In this document: piece by piece, positions 12,690 to 24,057 of the stretch
Position numbering within the stretch: the first letter of the stretch is position 1
How the letters are laid out: the number at the start of each line of letters is the position of its first letter
Assembly (NCBI GenBank): GCA_001642005.1
Contig: LWCA01000207.1
Span: 1-40,190 of the forward strand
DNA length: 40,190 bases
Source of the DNA: Intoshia linei
Taxonomy: Eukaryota > Animalia > Orthonectida
Direction of reading: 5' to 3'
Notes under the pieces: generated by a model
Seen by the model: only the letters and a program-made list of their open reading frames with translations
Told to the model about the DNA's origin: nothing
Database searches by the model: none
Translations under genes and position numbers: made by a program

Positions 12690-13300
12690 CGGGTCTCGGG
12701 AATTTCCTGTGAAAAATAAAGATTTTTTATACATATATAATATAGAAGCATTAAAAATTTTAGAGATCTTTAGAGATTTTATTTTAGAAACAAAAAAAAA
12801 TTTAATAAATGAAATAACACGAATCAAGATTGAAATTTACAAATTTAATATGAAAAAAATTTATTTATTTTAGATTGTTGAAAAAGTGTTTCAAAACACA
12901 CATAATATTGATAGATTCGTTTTTGAAACGTGTTCTACGTTTTATAACGAAATTAGAAGCAATAGAGAAAATTCTTTCATTTTGTGTTGACGTGGGTTGA
13001 ACGGTCATAAGGGCTTCCTTTAATTTTAACAATCTTGATGATACCGTTCCAGTTCGTACCAACTCATATTTTTCAAAATAATATTGGAAAAAGAGGATAA
13101 TTCCCTTAAGCGTTAGTAATTTGTGGTTGGAATAAGAGGTTTTTAAAAAAAGTATTGGATAAGGATATTTTTCTAGTACCAACTGCGAGATATGTGAAAC
13201 CCGCTGCTGTAAACAATACCTCAAAAACATGTTACATTTAGATAGCATTGGTATAAAGATCAAGATAAATTATCAGAAACCAGTTTTATAATTATATTAC
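12690..13300 (-). mobile_element. Degenerate hAT element, C-terminal dimerisation domain (ORF 12865-13263)
   Basis: LMTVQPTSTQNERIFSIASNFVIKRRTRFKNESINIMCVLK is the hATC pattern. Confidence 0.85.
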
Positions 13301-13371
13301 AGACAAATTTTAAAGGTACTTAATTTTTAAAAAAATCTCGAAAAACATACGCAATTACAATTACTTTAGCG

Positions 13372-13708
13372 CAGTGTTTCCCAACCTTTTTTACTACATT
13401 ACCCATATTATAGTACTCATTTTGATATTACCACTATATTGTTTAACTGCATTTTGGATGGTCATGTTTTTAGAATAAGCCATATAAATTTTTAAAAAAA
13501 CTAATTTTACAAAATAGTAAAATAAAGAGGAAATTGTGTTTTTGAATTTGAAGGACTCAATGGGGAAAATTATATTTCATACGTTACTGTGCATGCGACG
13601 CAAAAAAATAAAAACATTCCTATTTTTTTAGAAAAAATTTCGAGATTACCCATGAAAAAAATCAAATTACCCACTCATGGGTAAATACCCACAGGTTGGG
13701 AATCACTG
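13372..13708. mobile_element. Buster-type hAT MITE
   Basis: TIRs cagtgtttcccaacct / aggttgggaatcactg; 8-bp TSD ctttagcg / ctttagct (7 of 8 match, central TA). Confidence 0.85.
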
Positions 13709-14051
13709 CTTTAGCTATAATAATTATGAAAAAAATACAATGGTGGGAAAATTAGTTTATTTTTGTACAATGCTATACATTTTTATTTTTGCATTATCAA
13801 TTGTAGTTTTCATTAAATCTAAAATAATATAAATTATAAAACAAAATTAATTAATTTGAGGTTTAACTATAGTTTTGGGGTTAATTATGAGGAATTAAAC
13901 CAACACTTAAACTCAAAATAAATGAACTAGAACAGAATTTAAAAAAACCAATATATTAAAATCAAATATTTTTTCATTTCCAATAAAAATTTTCAGAAAA
14001 ATAAAAAATGTTCGTTTCCTTGTAATGTATTAGTAAAGGGCTGTATCTCAA

Positions 14052-17000
14052 TCAACAATACATTTCATCGACATTTGTACGCCATAAAAATATGTCAACA
14101 AAATACCAGGCAATAATTCCATTTTCCAAAGGAAATTGTGAAAGGAGTGATTCCATTAGCAATGGATTCTTTTTATTAGTTTTTGAATACAAGTCAACAA
14201 TGGCATTGACATGGTTGACAAATTTATTGTAAAGAGTAGAATATACATTGGAAACCGTAACATTATCAGCACCATTATCTTGACCAGCAAAATGCACCAA
14301 ATCAAATGAAATTAAAATATTGTTCAAAGAAATAAAAAACTTTAAAAAGCACATTAGTTGAGAAAATATTTGAATATTCCAACAATTTTCCAAAAACATT
14401 TCAATATGTGGTTCATAAAGATATAACCAATCAAGAATAGTGACTCCTAAAACATTAAAAATATTGATGGAGCAAATTTCAATACAATCAATATGATTAT
14501 AAAACTGTTTTAAATCTTTATCAAATGCTAAAATAACATTTTCCTGACTAAAATCTAGTTTAAATTTCAAAATAAAGGAAAAGAGAAAACTAACATAACT
14601 ATCAGTGTAATGCTGAACATAAACAACTGGAATTTGATAATCGAAAAGAGAAATCGTTTGAAACCAAAACGTTTTTGAAAACAAAGAAACGGCATAAACC
14701 TTCAAAACCAACGAAAAAACAATTGCATAATCTGAAAAATATCCAGTAGCAAATATTTTAAACAACGCCAAAGCCATATCCTCATCAATTTTATCAGATT
14801 GTTTTAAAACAGTTTTTTCAATATCTGGTAACAAATTTTGAAACGTTTTGGAAAAATTTCCATTAGAATAAATAATGTATTTCAGTATAGCCGAGCAATG
14901 AATAATAAAATTTTCTCTAGAATTAATTTCGACAGAAAGCCGCTGTGTAAATTGAATCAACCAAGCTTTAATACATTTCAATTTGACGGTAAATTTAAAT
15001 TCACAAATGATTCTACACAATACTTTTGCAATGAAAATCTTTTTCTGGTCAATTTGTTTACATTGAGATTTACAGTTTTGAAAATTAGTAAGTATGATTA
15101 GAAAATCACCAAAATCTTTAGATTTAACAATCTCAATTTTGTGCATGAAAATTATCAAATTAACAATTTTTTTAACGTCTTGCAGGGTAACATTACCTAT
15201 ATTTTCAATTGTTAAATTTGATTTAATAAAATTTGTAATAGAATCAAATTGAACCTTTTTTTCTTTAAAAGTTATCACATGAAAAAGTAAAACTATTTCA
15301 GAAATGTTTAAATTTATCTTTAAAAACTCGTCTTGAATATTGTCGCTCATTAAAATTTCTGGTCTAGGCAACATTGGGTATTTTGAAACAATGTGTCGGT
15401 AAAACTGTTTTTCGCAATTTATCATTACCAATTCAACGTTGGTAGACATTTTACATTTTAAGGAAATGCAATGTGTCAAAATGACAATTAAAATTCTGGT
15501 AACGTGGTTCATGGTGCATGTACAAATGTAATTTTTTCGATCCATTAAATCCGTGTCATTGTAAAATTCAACCCAATACTCGATGAGAAGCGAAAACAAA
15601 TGTTTGAATGTGCTTAGAAATGACACTAGTTTTGAGTCTTGTACTAAAAGTTTCCCATTTTGACAATTTAAATTTTTCATATATTTATATTGGTTCAGTT
15701 CAGCTCCGTAAAATTTTTCGAAATCTTCAATATTCTTCATTTTAATGCCGTACATTTTTTGAGTAAAATTGGTCAAAGTTTCGAGGTACTTTATTCTATT
15801 CAGTTTGTTAAAAAATGTAGAATTGACATTATTCGTTTTGAGTCTATTTAATTTCATTTCACTATATCCAGCTTTTTTATTAGAAAAGGTCATTAAATGA
15901 ATCAGACTTGAATAAATGTCCTTACAAACTATCATTTTTGGAGAAAATTTCAAAAAAATATCTATTATTTTATAAGAATTTAATTTTATGTCATCCTTGA
16001 TGTGATTCGTTGCCAAATTCAAATGAGATCTAATCAAATTTTCAAATGGTGTTATTTCAATTTTAAAATTAAGTAAAACGAATTTGATTGTACTCATATT
16101 ACAGTCATGAACAGCTAATTCCGTGTCCAAAATAAATTTAGACATTGTCTTTACAACAGATTCCATATTATTTATTATTACATTTCGTTTATCCTCGTCG
16201 TCTTTATGTGCATTTTTTATCATCTTGTTTAATTTTCGTAAACCACTCAACCTTAATGTTGAGTTATAATGACGACAATGTGCCAAGACTTCCTAAAAAT
16301 AGTATATACATAATTTTATAATTGTTGTCTTACAGATATTGAATATATTTCATCATTTTTCAAATTTTGCATTCCTATATTAATTTTTTTCATCTTCATT
16401 TTTATTTTTGTTTCATTTTTTCCTAATTTATATAATAATTAAAATAATAACTTCAAGCAAATAATAAGCACATGGTTTAGTACTGACCCGTAAATCACGC
16501 ATGTTTATCCAATTGTACAAGTTTGTCTGTAAATGTAAGGATACAAATATAACGAAACAATTATTGTTGGGATCGTGAACTCAAAATTCAAAATTACGTA
16601 CTCGAGGGTTACATAAAATTTAGTGTTTTAGACCCTGTCGCTTTTTACACTTTTTATCCACTATTTTTTTGAAAAATACGATTTTACGAAATCTTATGAG
16701 AAACAACTTCCTAATCCAAAAACCAAAATAAAAAATGCCCTTCTTCCAATATTTTTTTGAACAACAGAATTTTACCAAATTTTATGAGAATAAACTTCTT
16801 ATTCGAACCCAAAAATAAAAATCTATATTTAATAGAGCTTAATGGAAATACCATCTTTTCCCGATATTTTCTTTAGGGTCAAAAAAAATTCTAAAATGGG
16901 GTCCGTACACTATTTGAATCGGAAACCACTGGTCTAGAAAAATACTGCTTGCATGGAAAAAACAAAATAAATCTAATAGTAGAAAATAAAAATATTTTTT

Positions 17001-17162
17001 TAAAGTTTGCACGTGATATAATATAGATTTAAATTAAAAATGACAAAACATCACTCTAATGAAATTATTCTAATATAAATTACCTTTGGGTAGTTTTCTA
17101 CCTACTTTTAGTCGTTTTTTCGTAAAACCATAATCACATTGTCGTTTTTTTCCTTTACCCAT
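14052..17162 (-). CDS. TEX10: TEX10/Ipi1 homologue (Rix1/5FMC complex, pre-rRNA processing); exons 17162-17084, 16422-16334, 16292-14052
   Basis: N-terminus MGKGKKRQCDYGFTKKRLKVGRKLPK and Ipi1_N motifs HCRHYNSTLRLSGL and HLNLATNHIKDDIKLNSYKIIDIFL. Introns join in frame. Confidence 0.85.
16670..16930. mobile_element. Transposon fragments in TEX10 intron 1
   Basis: aaaaatacgattttacgaaatctt... resembles ~8875-8925; a MITE-like end ggaaaccactg lies near 16930. Confidence 0.45.
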
Positions 17163-17502
17163 TTTAATAAAATTTAAGTTGTCAAGATTATAAAATTTTC
17201 AAATAAGTTAGTTTGATATAGTAATTTTATTCATGTATTTTTTCAGTAGTAGCCTATGATTTATAATTTTAACTAAATGTTATATAATTAATTCTAACCT
17301 TAATGAATAAATAAATCTCAAAAATTTTAAAATAAATTTTAATTCAAAAATTCGAAATAAGTAGTTGGCGTCAATAATTAATGTTGTGACAACTTACCGT
17401 TTTTAAGGAGTTGGTTGTAAAATAATTTGTTGTGAAATGGATGAATACATGTTTTGAATAATTTGAGATTGGTGAGTAGGGTCATCACTTTTGCATATTT
17501 TT

Positions 17503-17775
17503 TTAAAAGATCAAAAAATATATTTCACCATCAGGATTATTGGTTATGGTGATCACTTTCCTGAAAAAATTATTCAAATTATTTGAGTTTGGACCCGGCC
17601 ATTCTACATCGAAATTTTTCTCTAAAAATTTTAAATTAAACTTTATTTTCATAGTAAAATGATATCATGTTATAAAAATTTGTAACAAATATAAAATTAA
17701 TATTGTGGCGTCATTTTATAAAATTGGAATACTTGACTAATCAATAAATCATCTACATTAAGCATACTAATATAA
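17503..17775 (-). repeat. Left arm of an inverted duplication; includes a 49-codon ORF (17652-17503)
   Basis: The reverse complement aligns with 18581-18843; ORF MKIKFNLKFLEKNFDVEWPGPNSNNLNNFFRKVITITNNPDGEIYFLIF*. Confidence 0.9.
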
Positions 17776-17844
17776 TACTACACCATAACACTATAGATTA
17801 TTTTGAAAATGCAAGTTAAACGGATATAAATATTTCATTTAGGG

Positions 17845-18501
17845 CAGTGATGAGCAAACTTTAAAAAAATAGTGTCGCTGTTACGGGTAACCAAGTTTAT
17901 TGGGTGTCTTTAAAAAGTTAAAATTTTATATATTTATAATTAAAAATAAATAAATTCCGTCCGAAAGCGGTCTGAGGTGTTGGGCAATGTGAAGAAAAAA
18001 GTGCAGAGACGTTTCAGTAAAATGTTTCTAACTTTTTTCTTCTACTTGTAAATTAATGGTAGAGTTGAGTTCGTCAAAATTAATTTTGAGTTGTCGATCA
18101 ATCACCTCATCAGATACTATAATCTGGTGTGAATTTTGAAAGTGTCTTTTATCGACGTACAAGTCTCGTACGAGAGTTTGCAGACAATCATATATTATGC
18201 ATAAAGCCTTGTCGTTTTGACTAACCACCCCGTATTTTTTTGTCCATTCGTCGTTGAAAAACGTTCTTTTCCCCATGAATTTCAAAATAAAAAAAATGTT
18301 TTGAAAATTTAAAAAAAAAAAACAAAATAATTTTATGAGCGATAAAAATTTTAATTTTACAGTTGTGGTAGTTTTAAATTTTATTTAAAAATTTCTACAA
18401 CTTGTAAAAATAAATTTGAAACAATAAATGAAAGTTCTCGGTGGGACAAAATTAGTTTGAAGTATCTAGTCCCACTGAATGGGACACTTTGCTCATCACT
18501 G
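17845..18501 (-). mobile_element. Buster-type hAT deletion derivative with an N-terminal transposase fragment (ORF 18028-18285)
   Basis: 14-bp TIR cagtgatgagcaaa / tttgctcatcactg; perfect TSD atttaggg. KRTFFNDEWTKKYGVVSQNDKALCII...KRHFQNSH resembles the SPIN/GTF2IRD2-type zinc finger. Confidence 0.9.
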
Positions 18502-18693
18502 ATTTAGGGTATAAAAAGTGGTAATATGTTGAATTTTATCTCTAGTGTTTATAAATCTTTTGTAAAATTTTTATGTTGTGATATTAGTATGTTTAATTTA
18601 GATGATTTATTCATTAGTCAGGTATTCCATTTTTATAAAATGACGCGACAATATTAATTTTATATTTGTTAAAATTTTTTATAACATTTTACT

Positions 18694-18897
18694 ATGAAAA
18701 TAAAGTTTGATTTAAACTTTTTAGAGAAAAATTTTGATGTCGAGTGGCCGGGTCCAAACTCAACCAATTTGAATAATTATTTCAGGAAAGTGATCACCAT
18801 CACTAATAATCCTGATGGTGAAATATACTTTTTGATCTTTGAATATGGTTATCACCCTATTGGTGAGTTGCAAAATTCTTATTATGAAATCATTTAA
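18694..18897 (+). CDS. Small hypothetical protein or exon in the right arm of the inverted duplication
   Basis: 67-aa ORF; differences from the left copy are enriched in synonymous changes. Possible donor gtgagt at 18863. Confidence 0.45.
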   Translation: MKIKFDLNFLEKNFDVEWPGPNSTNLNNYFRKVITITNNPDGEIYFLIFEYGYHPIGELQNSYYEII

Positions 18898-19255
18898 TTT
18901 TTAAGTTTAAATTTTTCGTTTCCTTGCAGTTCTTTCTTTGAGTAATTTACACTTGTAAACCATGATCGCCAGTAAGGGTGAATAAATTACCAAGAATTAT
19001 TAATTTATTGGTAATTAAATAATTTAATTATTGATTGACTCAACCTCATGATTATTTAGTTTAAAACTTTTTATTATCATAACTATAATCATGTAATACA
19101 GTAAATCAAAAGTATTATTAGACTACATCTCTAATAAAAATGTATTCATTACTAGGATATGGGATTTTGAATAATTAGAATTTAAATTTTCATTTATTTT
19201 TCTAACTGAAATTTTAAATTGAAACAATAAGTTTAATTGAAATGGTTTTCAAAAA

Positions 19256-22177
19256 ATGGTTAGATAATTTTTATCAATAAAATTTAGGATTTATTTTTTG
19301 TTATTCGTCGTCAAAAAACCAATATTATTTTGGATGCAACCGAAAATAGTACTATACGAGATTTAAAAAGTCAAATTGAACCTATTGTCAAAAAATCAAT
19401 TACCGAATTGCAACTTTCCAAAATTGATAAAACAGTATGAAATATATTATTAATATTACACTAATAATTACAGTAGTGATTTTTAATGATATCGGTGATT
19501 GCGTATACTTTTTTATTCATTTATGTAACATTATATTTTTAAAAAAAAAATTCCGAAAATACACTGTATGTATTTTTAAACCAATTAAACCAATAACCAA
19601 GAGTCTTGAAAACTATGCATAACTTGAATATATATGAAATTTTATAAATTTTCTCGTTATACGTATACGTTGTATTATGTACTTGTAGTATATACAACAC
19701 GATTTTTAATCCCTCAAATAGGTTCGTAAAAAATTACCGATCCGCAAAAAAATGTGAACTAATAACACAAAAAAGTAACCTAAACATGGTCTTTTCGTAA
19801 TTTTCTTACAAAATTAAATGTTAAAATTTCCACGAAAAATTTAAATATGAAATTAGTAGTCCCCGGTAAGAAAACTTTGACAACCCTATATGTAAGGTAT
19901 AATTAAAAATCAATACTAAAGTGCTTTTTTGACCGTGAAGGCGTCGTTTTGTCAGATTGCAATTTTTTGTGTGTGTTAACTTAATATATTTGTATTAATT
20001 GTAAAAATTTTTTCAATTTTAGAACTATTCTGTGTTTGATTTGAAAATGCAGTTTTTTGAGGTTGCTATTTATCATAATGCTTATAATTTTAAAAACTAT
20101 CTCCGAATTTATGTTTTATAAGGAATCTAATTTAGGATATGTTTCAATTTTAAAACAAAGGGTACTTTGTGGTTTTGACCATGAAGGTGTACGTATGTGA
20201 GGCTGATATTTATGACAATGTTAATGGTTTTAACACGCGTCCAGAATTTATGTTGTATTCAATTTTTGGTTGATTTTATTTTTAAACAAAAAGGAAAATT
20301 GTGGTTTTGACCCTGAAGGATTCTGAACTCAAATTAGGATATTGAAAAATAGATATCAACATTTCCTGCGTAATTAGAATTTACGTATTAGAAATTGAGA
20401 TGAATTTTCTTTTATTTTTTGTAAAATTTTTCGAATTGTCCAATGTTTATCAATTAATTTAGATTTTGGAAGACCACAAAACGTTATTACAGTGTGGATT
20501 TACCGTTGAAACCGTTAGTCCAATGATTCCAGCCGAATTAAATTTGTGCTTTAAGCAAGATGGTATTATATTTTATTGTTATAGTTTGTACAAGGTTTCA
20601 TATTTAGATTCACAAAAAAACCGATACGTCATAGATATTCGGTATAACACTATAACTTCGATTACATCATACTTTATGTCAGTGCTTTCCAACCATTTTT
20701 GGTTGCGACACATATTTCAATCTCAAAAAATTTCGCGTACACACCAATCAAAAAAATAAATGATTGATTAATAAATATAGTTGAACCAATTTTTTTCTAA
20801 TAATAATCTGAAAATAAGCTATGTAAAATTTATTATCATCATTAAAAATATCTTTGATTTGCATTTTTACGTCTTCCAATTTTATTGTCTGCTAATGGAA
20901 TTTAAAAAAAAATTAAATAAAATTTTAAGTTTGGCGACACACAAAAGTGTCACGATACACCGGTTGAAAAGCACTGCTTTATGTAGACCAGTGCTTCGCG
21001 AATATATTTTAGTCGCCACCACTAATAAAATAATACTTATGTTCACTTATTTATAAAATATTCGTAAAATCGATATTTTTTCACAAAAGGGGCGTAATTT
21101 GTTAAATTATACAATAGTTATACAAATGCAAGGGCGGTTAAAAACCCCAATTGTCCTTTGTTTTTAAATTCAAACCGTCCTAAAATTATAAAAAATATAC
21201 ATTCTAATAAAAAGTTTTAAATTCATCAATATTATGATTATGTTCAATTTCCAAATCGTATATCTTCATGGCCAAAACCCAAATTAGCTTTTTTTGTAAA
21301 AATTAAGAAAGTCTTATAATGTTATACAGCATAAATTCTGGGATGGTTTTTAAATTCATAATCATTTCATAAATGGTAACCTCAAAAAAGCCCTAGAATT
21401 TAAAAAAAATTGTTGATGATACAGTTAAAATTCTTTACACAAATGTTAACAAAACAAAACTAAGACGAAATAATTCACTTTAAATAAAAAGGTAATGTAA
21501 TATGACGGTTTCACGTGAAATGAGTTTGGGAACCACTCCTTTAAAGGATTGATAATAGTGAATAGTAGCATTTTTAAGTTAGATTATAATCTAATTATAG
21601 TATTGAATTTATTTTTTTGGTAGAATAAAAATGTGCCCTCGGCAGAACTAAATGCTTTTTGTACGTAGTACATAACACTCAACTTGTATACTATAAATTA
21701 TTCACTTCAACCACCTATAAATGCTATATCCAACCCTTACAGAGTCTTGTGGTGATCATCCACTCCATGGGAACCACCGATTAATATTATTAATAATAAA
21801 TAATAAATGTTTGATTCATAAAATTACTACAGTACCATAAAGAAAACTAAAATTGTCAGTTTTAAGAATTGCAATGTTACAATTTTATAAATTTTGCGGA
21901 ATACATGTAAATGTATTTTAGTTTTTATTTGCCGCATTTTGGCAATCTGATTTTTTCACTTAGAAATAAAAATTCTTTGCAAATAGTACCTGGGTTGAAC
22001 TTGTGATCATGTATTACTGTTGAATGTATACATTATTTTGTGGCTATATAATTACTTTATTTAGATGGATCATTTGAAGGAGTTAATGTTTCCGAATATT
22101 CTAAAGCAAAAATAATTGATAAAGAAAGTTTACAGGACCATCCAGATAATGTTGCACCTAGTGTTGGGGCAGAATAA
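19256..22177 (+). CDS. ELOB: Elongin B; exons ATG (19256-19258, or 19242-19244), 19288-19434, 20463-20562, 22065-22177
   Basis: Spliced product MDLFFVIRRQKTNIILDATENSTIRDLKSQIEPIVKK...ILEDHKTLLQCGFTVETVSPMIPAELNLCFKQDDGSFEGVNVSEYS matches the Elongin B ubiquitin-like sequence; all phases are consistent. Confidence 0.9.
19916..20340 (-). mobile_element. Helitron-like family copy in ELOB intron 2
   Basis: Shares ctaaagtgcttttttgaccgtgaaggcgtc with 11499, 29488 and 33960; internal gtggttttgacc(a/c)tgaagg sub-repeats. Confidence 0.6.
20680..20976. mobile_element. Buster-type hAT MITE in ELOB intron 3
   Basis: TIRs cagtgctttccaacc / ggttgaaaagcactg; perfect 8-bp TSD ctttatgt. Confidence 0.9.
21130..21686 (+). 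mobile_element. Helitron-like family copy with 3' terminus, ELOB intron 3
   Basis: Body resembles the reverse complement of 20050-20320. Ends in a tgtac-gta-gtaca hairpin then CTTG|T (CTAG in the other two copies). Confidence 0.6.
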
Positions 22178-22619
22178 ATTGATTTTAAATTTTACAATTT
22201 GTTCATTTGTAATTTGATATGTTTAAACTAGATATGTGAGATAAGTACGGGTAAGACCATGGTAATGTAATCCTGGTAGACTCGCTGATATACAGATTCA
22301 TCTTGTTTAGATAAATGTACAGTTTTGTTTGCGATAATAAAAATATTGACGACATAAGTCTTAGGCACCCCACTTGTAATTAATTTAAACACTCCTGGTT
22401 AATGATTTAAGACATTTTCTTATATCATATCTAGTGTATGATCAAGAACAAATATTTAACAACTCTAAAAAAGTAAAAAGTATAACATAAATTAATTAAT
22501 AATTAATGAAATATAGGTATTTTTAATTAAAATTGCAAAATTCCGAGCGACATATAATAATACAATTAATTAAATGAAAATATTAGATAAATATATATAT
22601 AAAATTACTAATATTTAGT

Positions 22620-23470
22620 ATTCTATCATTTATTTTTAATCACTGATACAATTCTTCTAGACAATGAGGCATACATAGTTTAAATAAATAAAAGTTCTTA
22701 AATAGTTTTTACAAGTACGTGGTCTCATTGGTCGTGTATATATCTCCATAGTTCTTTTAAGTTGACTGGATGTAGCTTATAAACAGTATATTTCAAATTT
22801 TTCACGTGTCTTCAATAATGTTTAAATCTGGACTTTGTACCGGTCAATCTTTTAATTTTTTTACGATTACCCTTTATAAATGGACGGGTTGTCTTTGTAG
22901 TTTGACACGGTTCACAATTTTGATGTTTCTTCAATCCATCCAAAAATGTTATTCATTTGCTTTTCTAAGGATTATCTGGTATTCTTGAGCATTTATTCCT
23001 CCTATACACTTTATTAATACTTTTTTCGCATTGCCCCTAATACCACCCAAATCATATTTTACTGGGTATTTGTAATACTTCTACTTATGTACGTTGATAA
23101 GAATTTTGTTTTTTACGTTTTCGAACGTATACTCTTCCTTTTGTAAATAATTCAAATAAACTTTTATCAGTGAAACTTATATTTTTCCATTGGTTCGTCC
23201 ATGTCACTTTTTGCTTACACCTTTTAAAACGGTTTTCGACTTGCAATTCTTCCATATAATCCAAATATATATAACACATTTTGCACCATCTTTAAACTAG
23301 GCTTTTTTGTAATGATGGAGTGTATTTTAACCTTTAATACTGTCAAGCAAGGGTTTTTCTTTGATTCCCTTATTATAATAATCTCTTCTCTGGCTGTCAG
23401 CATGTGTTTTCTATCTAATCTTGGCAAATAAGCTATGCATACACTTTTTTTGTATTTTTTAATAATATTT
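22620..23470 (-). pseudogene. Degenerate Tc1-family (DD34E) transposase
   Basis: GLYGRIASRKPF, WKNISFTDKSLFELF and D*PVQSPDLNIIED (canonical WPxQSPDLNPIE), with many stops and frameshifts. Confidence 0.85.
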
Positions 23471-24057
23471 TAAAGCGTACATCGATAAATACTAAAGGTT
23501 TTACTTATAAAACCTTGACTTTTTTAGTTGCATTAAGACACGGCATTATATATTTTTTTGTCACTTATTCGCGTCATTTACTAAACAATTAGTTAATTTT
23601 AATTTATAAATCATTATCTTTTTCGTTTTTATGGATATTTTACCCATTTTTTGATAAATCATTTAAAAAATATTAGTATGTTAGATCATTCCAGTATCTC
23701 TAGATAAGAAATTTCAAGGGTTTCTGGTCAAAAAGAATTTTAATATATTGAGTATATGAGTATATATGTATTTAAAAATGTATTCATATTTTTAAAGATT
23801 GCCAAGTTAGAATTTCCAATTCCAATTGGTTTTGTTTGTTTATTTGTCGTTCTATAAATAAACATTGATCAATAATAAGTCATGACAATTAATGTCGATG
23901 TGTAATCACCATAGTAACAACATACATGCTATTGTGCAAAATATAAAAAATGTGCTATTCTGAAATTTATTATTGCATTATTATGACTACCACTATTTAA
24001 ATATCGTTATTCTTGAAATTTTCAGAATATTATTTTCATTATTTTGTGAAAATAGAA

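Noticed and set aside
14838-15101. Antisense ORFs (also 1227-1496, 9533-9889, 24142-24351, 35835-36026, 37276-37494)
   Set aside because: Shadows of real coding regions on the opposite strand.
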